Below the pieces are notes generated by a model. The model worked only from the letters and a program-made list of their open reading frames with translations, was not told the origin of the DNA and did not search any database. The position numbers and the translations under genes were made by a program. This document shows, piece by piece, positions 18,139 through 28,209 of a DNA stretch of 37,768 bases (its first letter is position 1; the number at the start of each line of letters is the position of its first letter). The stretch is from Akkermansiaceae bacterium (GTDB lineage: Bacteria > Verrucomicrobiota > Verrucomicrobiia > Verrucomicrobiales > Akkermansiaceae), in the NCBI GenBank assembly GCA_050049035.1, contig JASFWU010000001.1:1-37768 (forward strand). The letters run 5' to 3'.

Positions 18139-18441
18139 ATGGAACATCACGTTTACTTTTGGTTGAAGGAAGAACAGCAGGGGGCGGATCAACGCGCCGT
18201 TTTTGAAGAAGGCCTCAAGGCACTCTGCAAGTCGCCTTTCATCGCTTCATCACACTGGGGTCCGCCCGCTGCCACCGCTGATCGGCCGGTGACTGATCAC
18301 TCCTTCGACTACGCCCTTTCCGTGAAGTTTGACTCCATGGAAAACCACGATTCCTATCAGGAAAACGACCCGGTCCACGATGAGTTCATTGATACCTTCA
18401 AGGAATGGTGGGCCAAGGTTCTTGTCATGGATGTGGCGTGA
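18139..18441 (+). CDS. Dabb (stress-responsive alpha/beta-barrel) domain protein
   Basis: 100 aa from MEHHVYFWLKE. The HxVxF start and the SxxxHDxYQxxPxH-like segment (MENHDSYQENDPVHDEF) are typical of the Dabb family. Confidence 0.75.
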   Translation: MEHHVYFWLKEEQQGADQRAVFEEGLKALCKSPFIASSHWGPPAATADRPVTDHSFDYALSVKFDSMENHDSYQENDPVHDEFIDTFKEWWAKVLVMDVA

Positions 18442-18471
18442 GTTGGTGTCGCCAAGTGCCCTCAAAATAAA

Positions 18472-18502
18472 TGAGGGTAAAGGAATCGGACCTTTACCCT
18501 CA
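18472..18502 (-). terminator. Strong hairpin with a T-tract only in the minus orientation
   Basis: TGAGGGTAAAGG-aatcgga-CCTTTACCCTCA forms a perfect 12-bp stem. On the plus strand it is preceded by AAAATAAA, so read on the minus strand it is followed by TTTATTTT. There is no T-run on the plus-strand side. Confidence 0.45.
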
Positions 18503-18643
18503 CTTGGATTAACTGCGTCTCCCAAAACTTAATGGGATTACAGTGAAGCTAAGAAAAAATTCCCTCCCTTCAAGAGAAATCTTGGGTTCCTCTGAATTTT
18601 CCCTTTCGCTTTTCCGTAGTAATTTCCGGACCCTCTGAGACCC

Positions 18644-19270
18644 ATGATGTTAAGACTTTCCTTGTTCGTGTTCCTAACCCTGACCGGTTTCCTTTTTTCG
18701 GCCCCCAAGGTCGAAATCGAGAAACTGGGACGTTCTCTCGGCGGGTGGACCGATAAGAACGGGAAGGCTGCCAAGTTTGAGGTGTCCGGTTCGCGCTATC
18801 GCAGCTGGAAGCCCGAGATCAGCCCGACTCCAACGGGCGGGATTTTTGTCTCGATCCGCATCGATCACCTCCGCGGACTCCTCGCCACCGACGATCACGC
18901 CAGTCTGGAAATCACCTTTGATAAAGAGGGAAATGTCTCCTCCGCCCGCAGCTCCATCGCCCTTCAGGGCCGCCGGGTTACCAGCGATCTCATTGAAGGA
19001 ACCGGGAAGCTGGGCGCCCAATTGATCGGGATGGACCTCGCCGCAAAAGTGGGCACGGAGATGATTTCCAATCTTTCGGGCAAGATCCTCCGGGAAAACA
19101 TCCGCGAACCAGGTCGGGTCTCGTTCCCGGCCGTTCTCCAGCACCAATACAACCTGCTCTGTCTCGCCGTGGCCGTGGCAGATAAGGAAAAAGAGGATGG
19201 CGAAGCGCCAAAAGAGGACACTCCAGAGCGCAAAGCAGCTCCTCTCAAGATCGAGACACCGAAGAAATAA
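18644..19270 (+). CDS. Secreted hypothetical protein with Lys/Glu-rich tail
   Basis: 208 aa with the signal peptide MMLRLSLFVFLTLTGFLFSAP. Third-position codon bias matches the neighbouring genes, unlike the antisense ORF 18674..19339. Confidence 0.6.
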   Translation: MMLRLSLFVFLTLTGFLFSAPKVEIEKLGRSLGGWTDKNGKAAKFEVSGSRYRSWKPEISPTPTGGIFVSIRIDHLRGLLATDDHASLEITFDKEGNVSSARSSIALQGRRVTSDLIEGTGKLGAQLIGMDLAAKVGTEMISNLSGKILRENIREPGRVSFPAVLQHQYNLLCLAVAVADKEKEDGEAPKEDTPERKAAPLKIETPKK

Positions 19271-19369
19271 TCCACCTCCAACTCTACCGGTGGTTCCTTC
19301 GGTGAAATGGACGATCATCGAGAAGGCTTGCGATCTCATAAATCCCTTGAAAACAAAGGGTTCCAGAGC

Positions 19370-19387
19370 TTGTGAAATTTTTCACAA
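19370..19387 (+). promoter_or_regulatory. CRP/FNR-family type binding site TTGTGA-aatttt-TCACAA upstream of actA
   Basis: This is a perfect TGTGA-N6-TCACA with matching flanks (8+8 inverted repeat). Its centre is about 55 nt upstream of the actA ATG. An extra TTGTGA half-site lies at 19395-19400. Confidence 0.5.
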
Positions 19388-19433
19388 ATTCCCCTTGTGA
19401 ATCAATCTGAGCAGACCTAAGAAGCTCCCAGCG

Positions 19434-20195
19434 ATGGCAAACTTCTTTCCCCGTTGGACAAACTTGTTGCCGCTTAAAATTGCGGTTTGTCTCGGTGCTC
19501 TTGGAGCGACGGTGGTTGCTGGTATTACCTACTACGCAACTCCGAAGGCCCAGCGTGTCGGTTACCAGCCGACCCAGCCGATCCATTTTGATCACAGCCT
19601 CCACGTGAGCCAGTTGGGCATGGACTGCCGCTACTGCCATAGTTTTGTGGAGCATTCCGGCCACGCCAACGTTCCGACGGCCAATACCTGTTGGAATTGT
19701 CACAAGAACATCAAGAAGGGCTCGCCCAAGCTGGCCGGCCTCCGCGCTGCGATGGGGGTCGACGAGGACCACGTCGCTCTCACCGACGCCGACGGTAACC
19801 CGATTGAGGGACAGCCCATCGAGTGGGTCCGGGTTCACAAGGCTCCCGATTACGTTTATTTCAACCACTCAGCCCACCTCAACCGCGGGATTTCCTGCCA
19901 AAGCTGCCACGGCGACATCCACAAGATGGAAAAGGTGTATCACGCCGAGAGCCACTCCATGGGATGGTGCCTCGAGTGCCACCGCGCGCCGGAGAAGCAC
20001 CTCCGTCCGCTCGAGGAAGTCTACAATTTGAATTACGACCCGAAGGTCTATCTGGAGGAGAACGAGGTCATCGATACCTCGGGCATGATCGTCGCCAAAG
20101 GCGAGCGCATCACCGATCCGGAAGACTTTGGAAAACTCCTCAAGGCTCACTGGGGCATTCAGCCCAAGGAGTCCTGTGCCACCTGTCACCGTTAA
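19434..20195 (+). CDS. actA: Alternative Complex III subunit ActA, pentaheme cytochrome c
   Basis: 253 aa with an N-terminal anchor helix and five CxxCH motifs (CRYCH, CWNCH, CQSCH, CLECH, CATCH). It is the first gene of an actABCDEF-ordered cluster. Confidence 0.9.
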   Translation: MANFFPRWTNLLPLKIAVCLGALGATVVAGITYYATPKAQRVGYQPTQPIHFDHSLHVSQLGMDCRYCHSFVEHSGHANVPTANTCWNCHKNIKKGSPKLAGLRAAMGVDEDHVALTDADGNPIEGQPIEWVRVHKAPDYVYFNHSAHLNRGISCQSCHGDIHKMEKVYHAESHSMGWCLECHRAPEKHLRPLEEVYNLNYDPKVYLEENEVIDTSGMIVAKGERITDPEDFGKLLKAHWGIQPKESCATCHR

Positions 20196-20213
20196 TTTTT
20201 CTGACCACCGAAG

Positions 20214-23200
20214 ATGAGCAAACGCGTCTGGAACCCACCTGTCGCTCCTCAGAAGGGAGATTTGACCACCTCTTGGCGGAGTGTCGGTGAAAAAGAAGGG
20301 ACCGCTTCCTTCCGGAATCTCCTGGAGAAGGAGTTCCCTGCGGGCGACACCCTGACCGAAGAAGAACAAAAGGTCTCCCGCCGGAATTTCTCCAAACTGA
20401 TGGGGGCTTCATCGGCTCTTGCCGGTTTGGGCCTTGCTTCCTGCCGTCGTCCGGAAACCTACATTGTTCCATACAAGAAGGCTCCGGAGTGGATCGTTCC
20501 CGGAACTCCTCTTTTTTACTCAAGCACCCGCCCAAAGGCCGGCGGTGCGGTTCCCCTCGTGGTCACCACCTACGAAGGTCGCCCGACCAAGGTTGAACCC
20601 AATCCCGAGCACCCTGACTCTTCGGGCACCTGCGCTCAAACCCAGGCTTCGGTTCTCGACCTCTACTCTCCTTCGCGTTCCCGCAAGCTTCTCAAGAATG
20701 GTAAGCCGGCCCGCCAGGGTGAGCTTCAGGCTGTTCTTCAAGGACTTGATCTTTCCAAAACGGCCCTCGTTTTCGGGGAAGACGACTCTCCCACCCGGAA
20801 CCGCCTCGCCAAAGGGCTGGCGGCCAAAGGAGCCAAGCTCTACTCCTACGAAGCCGTCGCTGGCGAGCCCCTGACACCGGGCACGGCTCAAGTGGTCGAC
20901 TTCTCCAAGGCCAGCCGCATCCTTTCGCTGGACTGCGATTTCCTCGCCACCGATCCGATCGGCAACAGCAAGGCCTTCTCGAAGAAGCGCCAGGGCGGAA
21001 ACGCCAATTACGATCAGAAAGGTGACGTCGCTGCTGACAAGATGAACCGCCTTTACCAGGTGGAGACCCAGTTCAGCCTGACCGGCGGAATGGCCGATCA
21101 CCGTCTCCGCGTCACCCCAAGCCGGGTTCTCATGATTGCGGGCGAAATCGCCAAAGCACTGGGGCACGGATCCTACAAAGCGGAAGAAGGGGACAAAAAG
21201 GCTCTCTTTCCGGGCGCCGAAGATGCGGTTGATAAGTTTAATCAATGGATCAAAGCCTGCAAAGAGGATCTCGAGGAAGCCGCAAAAAAAGGTGAAGCCC
21301 TTATTCTCGCTGGTTCCCGCCAGTCGGCCGAGGTCAAGCAGATCGCCGCTTTCCTTAACGAGAAGCTTGGTTCCAAAGCGGTCAAAACCGTCAAGACCGA
21401 TCTCGGTCAGTATGGTTCGCTGACAGACCTCACTGCCAAGCTTGATGCCGGTGAAGTCGAGAACGTTCTTCTCCTCACGCCGTCGAATCCCGTCTTCGAT
21501 GCCGATGGCTTCGCTGATTCTCTCAAGAAAGCCAAGCTGAGCATCCACTGGGGTCTTCGCACTGACGCCACCGCTCACGCCTGCACCTGGCATGTTCCGG
21601 CGGCCCACTACCTTGAAAGCTGGGGCGACGCCCGCACCGAATCCGGCGTTCTTTCGCTGATTCAGCCCATGATTCTTCCGCTTTACGGCGGAATCTCCGA
21701 GATCGACCTCCTCCACGTCCTTGGTGGAGGAAAGTTCGGCGAGGGAGAGCTCCTTCCTTCCATGGGGGAGGTCAAAACCACCTTTGCTGAAGTCACAGGC
21801 AAGTCGGATCCCGAATCCTGGCGTAAGGCACTTGAGGAAGGGTTTGCTCCGGGCACTTCCTACACCGCCGCCACGTCCGAGACCACTCTTCCGGAGGTCA
21901 AACTGCCTTCACTTCCGAATGCCAAATCGCTCGAAGTGGTTTTCTCAACCGATGCTTCTGTTCTCGATGGACGTTTCATCGACAACGCCTGGCTTCAAGA
22001 GGCTCCCGATCCCGTCACCAAGCTGACCTGGGACAACGCGGCCCAGGTTTCTCCGGTAACCGCGAAGGAACTGGGGATTTACGACCGGGTCGTCAAACTC
22101 GAGACCTCGACTGCGGACGAAGCCCACACCGGCGTCGACGGAGGTCCGGGTGAGGGTGAAAACGCCCGCGCACCGTTCATCACCGTGAAAATCGGAGGTC
22201 GCGAACTGGAGATTCCCGTTCTCATTGCCTTCGGACAAGCCGACAATTCCATCGTCATCCCGGTGGGTTACGGTCAGGCCGCCGACGATGATCGCGCTGG
22301 GGTCGCTGCTCTCGATCCGAAGCACCCAACCGTGGGTGATGTCGGACTCAATACCGGTTTCAACACCTACCTTCTTCGTTCATCAGAAACTCCCTACATG
22401 GCAACGGGTGCCGAGGTTGCGGTCTCGGACGAATACTACGAGATCGCCCTGACCCAGGAGCACAACTCGATGTATGGACGAGCCCTCGCCCGCGAGATTT
22501 CCACCCAGGAAACGAGCGGCAAGAGTTTCGAAGAACAGAAGGAGGGAGTGAAGAAGCAGGGGATGGATTCCCACGCTCCCAAGAACATTTCCCTCTACAA
22601 GGCCCAGGGCGGTGTCTGGTCCAAGACCGAGCTCGCCGAGAAAACCCACCTCGCTGACGAGATTCACCAGTGGGGGATGGCTATCGATCTCAACACCTGC
22701 ACCGGTTGCAACGCCTGCCTCGTCGCCTGCCAGGCGGAGAACAACATTCCCGTGGTCGGTAAATCCCAGGTGGCCATGGGTCGCGAGATGCACTGGATTC
22801 GCATGGATCGCTACTTCTCCTCCCAGGAATACAAGTACGAAGACGGACACAAGGCCAAGGGTGACGACGGAAACAAGGTGAAGAATCCCGAGTGGGTTAC
22901 GCAGAACCCCGAGTCCATTCCCCAGCCTGTCGCCTGTGTTCAGTGCGAGATGGCTCCTTGCGAGACCGTTTGCCCGGTCAACGCCACCGTTCACACCGAG
23001 GAAGGCCTCAACTCCATGGCCTATAACCGCTGTATTGGAACCCGTTACTGCGCCAACAACTGCCCTTACAAGGCTCGTCGTTTCAACTTCTTCGATTACA
23101 ACAAGCGCAACCCACTCATCAAAGGAAACCTCTACAAAGGACCTTTCGGCGAGAAGCAGGTCGGAACCGCTCCGCACCTTCAGCGCAACCCGAATGTCAC

Positions 23201-23666
23201 CGTCCGGATGCGCGGCGTCATGGAAAAGTGCACCTACTGCGTGCAGCGTCTCGAGTCCGCCAAGATCAAGCAGAAGCAACAACAGAAGGTCAACAAGTAT
23301 GCCGCCGGCAAGAAGTCGCACGAGCTGACCGTCGACCGCACCAAGGACCTCCGCGTCAAGACCGACAGCGTCAAGACCGCCTGTCAGGATGCCTGCCCGT
23401 GCGATGCCATTTCCTTCGGGAACCTCCTCGACGAAAAGTCGAAGGTGGTTCGCGCAAAGGGCAACGACCTCGATTCGGTCCGCGCCATCATGGAGCATGT
23501 CACCGGCAAGGAATACACCCCGGTCAAAGGCAGCGCCCGCAACTACGACCTTCTGCAATACATCGGAACCCGCCCGCGCACGAGCTACCTCGCCCGCGTC
23601 AAGAATCCGAACAAGGAGATGCCTGACTTTAAGTTCCTCGGTCAGGCCACCATCAACATTCACTAA
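20214..23666 (+). CDS. actB: Alternative Complex III subunit ActB (fused molybdopterin-like B1 and 4Fe-4S B2 domains)
   Basis: 1150 aa with the Tat-like signal SRRNFSKLMGASSALAGLGLASC and a large MopB-like domain. Ferredoxin clusters follow: CTGCNACLVAC, CVQCEMAPCETVCP, CIGTRYCANNCP, CTYC and CQDACPC. Confidence 0.9.
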   Translation: MSKRVWNPPVAPQKGDLTTSWRSVGEKEGTASFRNLLEKEFPAGDTLTEEEQKVSRRNFSKLMGASSALAGLGLASCRRPETYIVPYKKAPEWIVPGTPLFYSSTRPKAGGAVPLVVTTYEGRPTKVEPNPEHPDSSGTCAQTQASVLDLYSPSRSRKLLKNGKPARQGELQAVLQGLDLSKTALVFGEDDSPTRNRLAKGLAAKGAKLYSYEAVAGEPLTPGTAQVVDFSKASRILSLDCDFLATDPIGNSKAFSKKRQGGNANYDQKGDVAADKMNRLYQVETQFSLTGGMADHRLRVTPSRVLMIAGEIAKALGHGSYKAEEGDKKALFPGAEDAVDKFNQWIKACKEDLEEAAKKGEALILAGSRQSAEVKQIAAFLNEKLGSKAVKTVKTDLGQYGSLTDLTAKLDAGEVENVLLLTPSNPVFDADGFADSLKKAKLSIHWGLRTDATAHACTWHVPAAHYLESWGDARTESGVLSLIQPMILPLYGGISEIDLLHVLGGGKFGEGELLPSMGEVKTTFAEVTGKSDPESWRKALEEGFAPGTSYTAATSETTLPEVKLPSLPNAKSLEVVFSTDASVLDGRFIDNAWLQEAPDPVTKLTWDNAAQVSPVTAKELGIYDRVVKLETSTADEAHTGVDGGPGEGENARAPFITVKIGGRELEIPVLIAFGQADNSIVIPVGYGQAADDDRAGVAALDPKHPTVGDVGLNTGFNTYLLRSSETPYMATGAEVAVSDEYYEIALTQEHNSMYGRALAREISTQETSGKSFEEQKEGVKKQGMDSHAPKNISLYKAQGGVWSKTELAEKTHLADEIHQWGMAIDLNTCTGCNACLVACQAENNIPVVGKSQVAMGREMHWIRMDRYFSSQEYKYEDGHKAKGDDGNKVKNPEWVTQNPESIPQPVACVQCEMAPCETVCPVNATVHTEEGLNSMAYNRCIGTRYCANNCPYKARRFNFFDYNKRNPLIKGNLYKGPFGEKQVGTAPHLQRNPNVTVRMRGVMEKCTYCVQRLESAKIKQKQQQKVNKYAAGKKSHELTVDRTKDLRVKTDSVKTACQDACPCDAISFGNLLDEKSKVVRAKGNDLDSVRAIMEHVTGKEYTPVKGSARNYDLLQYIGTRPRTSYLARVKNPNKEMPDFKFLGQATINIH

Positions 23667-23696
23667 CCTTCCAATCCTTTCCCGCGACTGAAACCC

Positions 23697-25226
23697 ATGG
23701 CCGAAGCGACCACATCGTCCGAGACTTCCGAAAGCACGGTGAAGATTCCCGTTCTTGAGCGCGAGAAGTTGATTCTCAACGAGCGTTCCTATAGCTGGAT
23801 CACCGATCGTATTTGCGGAGTGGTGGAAGGCCGCCAGCCCTTCCTCTGGTGGATCCTCTTCATTCCCTCAGCCATCATCGCCCTCGTCGGGGTGGTGGGC
23901 GGCCTGACCTACCTCGTTTCGACCGGGGTGGGGGTTTGGGGAAATACCAACCGCGTGATGTGGGGATGGCCGATTGTGAACTTCGTGTTCTGGATTGGTA
24001 TCGGTCACGCCGGAACGCTCATTTCCGCGATTCTTTTCCTGACTCGTCAAAACTGGCGGACCTCGATTAACCGTGCCGCGGAGGCCATGACGATTTTCGC
24101 GGTGATGTGCGCGGGGATTTTCCCGGCCTTCCACGTCGGTCGCGTTTGGATGGCCTGGTTCCTTGCTCCTATTCCCAACTCAAATGCGATCTGGCAGAAC
24201 TTCAAGTCGCCACTCCTTTGGGACGTTTTCGCGGTTTCGACTTACTTCACCGTTTCCTTGATCTTCTGGTTCCTCGGCATGGTGCCAGATCTCGCTACCA
24301 TCCGTGATCGCTGCAAGCCCGGCATCCGGAAGTTCATGTATGGCATTTTCTCCCTCGGGTGGCGCGGCGGCAACCGCCAGTGGAGCCACTACGAAATGGC
24401 ATACCTCCTTCTCGCTGCTCTTTCGACTCCGCTCGTGCTTTCGGTGCACTCGGTGGTCTCCTTTGACTTCGCAACTTCGGTGGTGCCCGGTTGGCACACC
24501 ACCATCTTTCCTCCCTACTTCGTGGCGGGTGCGATCTTTGGCGGATTTGCGATGGTGCTGACGATCATGATTCCCGCGCGGGCCATATACGGTCTGCACG
24601 ACATGATCACGATGAAGCACATCGACAACATGGCGAAGATCATTCTCCTGACGGGAACGATCGTGGGATACGCCTACTTGATGGAGCTCTTCATCGCCTT
24701 CTACTCCGGTGCCAAATACGAGGGCGCCGCCTTCACTTACCGCGCGACCGGCCCCTACTGGTGGGCTTACGCCGCGATGATGGGTCTCAACGTGATTTCA
24801 CCCCAGATCTTCTGGTTCAAGAGCATGCGCGAAAACCTCTGGGTCGTCATGGCCGTCGCGATGTGCGTGAACATCGGGATGTGGTTTGAGCGATTCGTGA
24901 TCATTGTCACCACGCTCGCCCGGATGTGGTTGCCTGGTGACTGGAAAACCTACAGTCCGAGTGCCGTCGATATCCTGACCTTTGTGGGAACGATCGGCAT
25001 GTTCCTCGCGCTCTTCCTTCTCTTCCTCCGCTTCCTGCCGTGCATCAACATCGCCGAGGTCAAATGGACCCTCAAGGAGAGCGATGCCCACGCCGAGGAC
25101 AAGGAGGCCCATCCTGATGAGGGCGTCGAGTTGATCGAGGCCTACCAATACGAAATTCACGAGAATCCCGAAGGATCCGCCAAAGAGGCCGGGATTGAAA
25201 CCGAAGCAAAACCTGTCGAGGCATGA
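23697..25226 (+). CDS. actC: Alternative Complex III subunit ActC (NrfD/PsrC-like quinol-interacting membrane subunit)
   Basis: 509 aa, polytopic NrfD-like protein in the canonical position after actB. Its stop overlaps the actD start (ATGA). Confidence 0.88.
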   Translation: MAEATTSSETSESTVKIPVLEREKLILNERSYSWITDRICGVVEGRQPFLWWILFIPSAIIALVGVVGGLTYLVSTGVGVWGNTNRVMWGWPIVNFVFWIGIGHAGTLISAILFLTRQNWRTSINRAAEAMTIFAVMCAGIFPAFHVGRVWMAWFLAPIPNSNAIWQNFKSPLLWDVFAVSTYFTVSLIFWFLGMVPDLATIRDRCKPGIRKFMYGIFSLGWRGGNRQWSHYEMAYLLLAALSTPLVLSVHSVVSFDFATSVVPGWHTTIFPPYFVAGAIFGGFAMVLTIMIPARAIYGLHDMITMKHIDNMAKIILLTGTIVGYAYLMELFIAFYSGAKYEGAAFTYRATGPYWWAYAAMMGLNVISPQIFWFKSMRENLWVVMAVAMCVNIGMWFERFVIIVTTLARMWLPGDWKTYSPSAVDILTFVGTIGMFLALFLLFLRFLPCINIAEVKWTLKESDAHAEDKEAHPDEGVELIEAYQYEIHENPEGSAKEAGIETEAKPVEA

Positions 25227-25780
25227 GCAAGAAAGTTCGTCGAGTATACGGCTACCTGGCCGAGTTCAAAAACGCCTCGCAGCTTTACAAGGCTGCCGAG
25301 AAGGTGCGCGATGCCGGCTTCAAGAAGTGGGATTGCTACACGCCATACCCGGTCCACGGTCTTGATGACGCGATGGGCGTGAAGCGTTCCATCCTGCCTT
25401 ACTTCGTTTTCGTGGGAGGCCTCACCGGATTCATCACCGCGATTGTTCTCGCTTACACCACGCAGGTGGGACTTTACCCGACCGTGGTGCAAGGCAAGCC
25501 GGCCAACATTTTCACCACCGCGGCCTTCTTCCCGGTGATGTTCGAGCTCACCATTCTCTTTTCCGGTTTCACCGTTCTTTTCGGGCTCCTTGGCCTGATG
25601 GGACTGCCCCGCTGGAACCACCCTCTCTTTACCAGCAAGAAGTTCGCCCGCGTGACCGACGACAAGTTCTTCATCGCGATCGAAGCGCGTGACGCCAAGT
25701 TTTCCGCCGAAGGAACGAAGGAGCTCTTGAGCGAAATCGGCGGCGACAACATCGAACTCGTGGAGGACGACTCCGAATAG
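25223..25780 (+). CDS. actD: Alternative Complex III subunit ActD (DUF3341)
   Basis: 185 aa. It has an N-terminal soluble segment [40 protein letters not shown] and two TM helices, typical of ActD. Confidence 0.85.
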   Translation: MSKKVRRVYGYLAEFKNASQLYKAAEKVRDAGFKKWDCYTPYPVHGLDDAMGVKRSILPYFVFVGGLTGFITAIVLAYTTQVGLYPTVVQGKPANIFTTAAFFPVMFELTILFSGFTVLFGLLGLMGLPRWNHPLFTSKKFARVTDDKFFIAIEARDAKFSAEGTKELLSEIGGDNIELVEDDSE

Positions 25781-25783
25781 ACC

Positions 25784-26410
25784 ATGAAATACTTTTTCCT
25801 CAGCCTGATTGCTCTTTCGGTCCTGACCGTCGGGGTCTTTGGTTTCCGTGGCGATAAGTTCTCGCTGCCACCGCTTTGGATTTTTCCCGACATGGATGAG
25901 CAGGACAAGGTGAAAGCCCAAACTGCCAACAGCTTCTTCGAAGATGGCATGGGGGCCCGCAAGCCGGTTCTCGGAACCGTTCCCCGCGGAGCGCAGGCCG
26001 GAGTGATGCCGATTGAGTTCGGGGCCGGTCGTTCGGGATACTATTACGACGGCAAGACCGAAGGGACCTTCGGAAACGGACTGCCCGAAGAGCTTGCGAT
26101 CAAAACCGAGGCTGACATGACCGGCTTGCTTGGTCGCGGAAAGGAAGTTTACAACGTCCACTGTGCCATTTGCCATGGCAAGTCCGGCAACGGTAAGGGA
26201 GTGGTTTCCGCTTACCTCGCCAAGAGCGACCCGGTCATCGCGGTTCCGACTCTTCTCGACAAAACCAAGGACAAGTATCCCGACGGCTACATCTACGAAG
26301 TCATTACCAACGGAAAGGGCAATATGGGAGCCTACGGTCACAACGTTCTCGTGCGTGACCGGTGGGCCATCGTCTCCTACCTCCGCGCTCTGCAGGCCTC
26401 GGCGAAATAG
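25784..26410 (+). CDS. actE: Alternative Complex III subunit ActE, monoheme cytochrome c
   Basis: 208 aa with a signal/anchor helix and a single CAICH heme motif. GKGNMGAYG provides a candidate Met ligand. Confidence 0.85.
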   Translation: MKYFFLSLIALSVLTVGVFGFRGDKFSLPPLWIFPDMDEQDKVKAQTANSFFEDGMGARKPVLGTVPRGAQAGVMPIEFGAGRSGYYYDGKTEGTFGNGLPEELAIKTEADMTGLLGRGKEVYNVHCAICHGKSGNGKGVVSAYLAKSDPVIAVPTLLDKTKDKYPDGYIYEVITNGKGNMGAYGHNVLVRDRWAIVSYLRALQASAK

Positions 26411-26437
26411 CAATTTTTCATTCGATCTACCAAGAAC

Positions 26438-27805
26438 ATGGCACACCAAGTGACATCAAAAGACATCCCGACCAACGGGGAGCATCTGGAGAAGGGCAGA
26501 ATTGCCAAACTCCAGATGATCACTGCAGTGATTGGCGGCGGTGGCGTGCTGGCCAGCATCATTTACCTCCTTGCCGGCGGAGGAGTGGAAACGGGCGAGC
26601 ATGAATCAAACTGGGTTCACGGATCCTACGCCTTCTCTTGGCTCTTTGCGGTCTTCTTTGTCACCACCATCGCTCTTGGCGGTTGCTTTTGGACCTTCCT
26701 CCACAACCTCTCCAACTCGGGGTGGGGGACCTCGGTGCGCCGCATGATGGAAAACCTCGGCTTCGTTTTTCCTTTCCTCTTCGTCCTTTTCATTCCCTTC
26801 CTCTTCCCACAGGTCCAGCAGTATCTCTACGAGTGGATGACTGCTTACAGCGAAGGAGTAGAGCGGGCTGCAAAGCTCGATGTCCCTCATGCCACTGCCA
26901 AGGACGGTTTGATGCACAGCCCTGATGCTCACGATCACCTTCTTGCGGCCAAGACCTTCTACTTGAATCCCGGGTTCTGGCTAGCCCGCTTCTTCTTCTA
27001 CTTCGTCGGACTTGGCTTCTTTATCTTTCTCGTCCGGAAGTTCTCGATTGCCCAGGACACCGACAAGAATCCCGGCATCAAGAATCTCTTCGCGGCCCGT
27101 AAGCATTCTTCATGGAGCATGATCATCTTCGCGGTGACTTTGACTTTCCTCGCCCTCGATTTCGTGATGGCTCTCGATTACTCATGGTTCTCCACCATGT
27201 TTGGAGTTTACGTCTTCGCTGGTTCGGCCTTGAACTCGATGGCGGTCCTCATCCTTACCGGGATCATCCTGCAAAAGATGGGTTTTCTGAAGAACGTGGT
27301 GACCAAGGAGCACTACCACATCATGGGTAAGTTCTGCTTCGCCTTCACCATCTTCTGGGCCTACGTCTCCTTCTCCCAATTCTTCCTGATCTGGTATGCC
27401 AACATCACCGAGGAAACCCGCTACTTCCTTCTCCGGAACACCGAGAACTGGAACCTCGTCAGCCTTGCACTCGTCTTCATGCACTTCGGTCTGCCGTTCC
27501 TGGCCCTCCTTCGTTCGGACGTGAAGAAGAGCACGAAGTTCATGACGATCTTCTGCTTCTACATCCTCTTCATGCATGTGATCGACGTCTATCACATGAT
27601 CATCCCGGAACGCGGACCTTCGGTGGGTCTCGTTGTCCAGCATCATCCTGTCCTGTGGATTGGTGGATCCTGGGTCGGTGACATCCTCGCCTTGGCCATC
27701 ACGATCTCGGCCTTCCTCTTCCTTTACCTTCGGAACCTTACTTCGGCTGCGCTCTATCCTCACCGCGATCCCCGCATCCTCGAGTCGGCCAATCTTCACA
27801 ACTAA
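26438..27805 (+). CDS. actF: Alternative Complex III subunit ActF (second NrfD-like membrane subunit)
   Basis: 455 aa, polytopic, in the canonical position after actE. Confidence 0.85.
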   Translation: MAHQVTSKDIPTNGEHLEKGRIAKLQMITAVIGGGGVLASIIYLLAGGGVETGEHESNWVHGSYAFSWLFAVFFVTTIALGGCFWTFLHNLSNSGWGTSVRRMMENLGFVFPFLFVLFIPFLFPQVQQYLYEWMTAYSEGVERAAKLDVPHATAKDGLMHSPDAHDHLLAAKTFYLNPGFWLARFFFYFVGLGFFIFLVRKFSIAQDTDKNPGIKNLFAARKHSSWSMIIFAVTLTFLALDFVMALDYSWFSTMFGVYVFAGSALNSMAVLILTGIILQKMGFLKNVVTKEHYHIMGKFCFAFTIFWAYVSFSQFFLIWYANITEETRYFLLRNTENWNLVSLALVFMHFGLPFLALLRSDVKKSTKFMTIFCFYILFMHVIDVYHMIIPERGPSVGLVVQHHPVLWIGGSWVGDILALAITISAFLFLYLRNLTSAALYPHRDPRILESANLHN

Positions 27806-27810
27806 GAATC

Positions 27811-28185
27811 ATGGATCACACCCGCGACAATCCGCTCAAGCGTTTCAAGGCGTTCTGGATCGCCCTGCTTCTGGTCTTTTCCTTTGGCGTGGCCCTGATT
27901 CTTCTGCGCCCTCTCACTCACGGGGACAACGACGGAGCGATGGACATCACTGCCAAGGGACGCCTTGAGACCAAGGAGGCGATCGATCGCGAGCAAAGCC
28001 AGGCGCTCAACACCGAGGGCCTTGAAAGTGCCTACGCGGAACAGCTCAAGACCTTCGCCGAAAACAAAATGACCAAAGGTGCCATGCCGGTGCCCGGTGC
28101 AGCTCCCGCGCCCGCTCCCGAAGCGCCCGCCGGGGACAAGCCGGCTCCGGAAGCCGAAACCAAACCAGCGCCCGCGGCCGAGTAG
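27811..28185 (+). CDS. Small single-pass membrane protein with Pro/Ala-rich tail (ACIII-associated, ActG/ActH-like position)
   Basis: 124 aa with one TM helix (FWIALLLVFSFGVALILL) and the tail PVPGAAPAPAPEAPAGDKPAPEAETKPAPAAE. It starts 5 nt after actF. No homology recognised. Confidence 0.5.
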   Translation: MDHTRDNPLKRFKAFWIALLLVFSFGVALILLRPLTHGDNDGAMDITAKGRLETKEAIDREQSQALNTEGLESAYAEQLKTFAENKMTKGAMPVPGAAPAPAPEAPAGDKPAPEAETKPAPAAE

Positions 28186-28209
28186 ATTTTTTAACGGACA
28201 ACCCAACTC

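Noticed and set aside
19272-19293. The CCACC...GGTGG hairpin after the 18644..19270 gene as a possible terminator, and the CCCTT-gaaaaca-AAGGG hairpin at 19344-19360.
   Set aside because: Both have only 5-bp stems, one has a 12-nt loop, and neither has a proper T-tract. They are too weak to call.
18674-19339. A 221-aa minus-strand ORF competing with the 18644..19270 plus-strand gene. If it were real, it would explain the minus-oriented terminator at 18472-18502.
   Set aside because: The plus-strand frame has a clean signal peptide and C/G-rich third codon positions like the rest of the window. The minus frame lacks both.
20520-26449. Three long minus-strand ORFs (20520..21716, 22383..23663, 25157..26449; 398-430 aa) inside actB-actE.
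   Set aside because: They are antisense to genes with unambiguous ACIII motifs (Fe-S clusters, heme sites). They are low-complexity Gly/Val/Leu/Arg-rich translations, so they are shadow ORFs.
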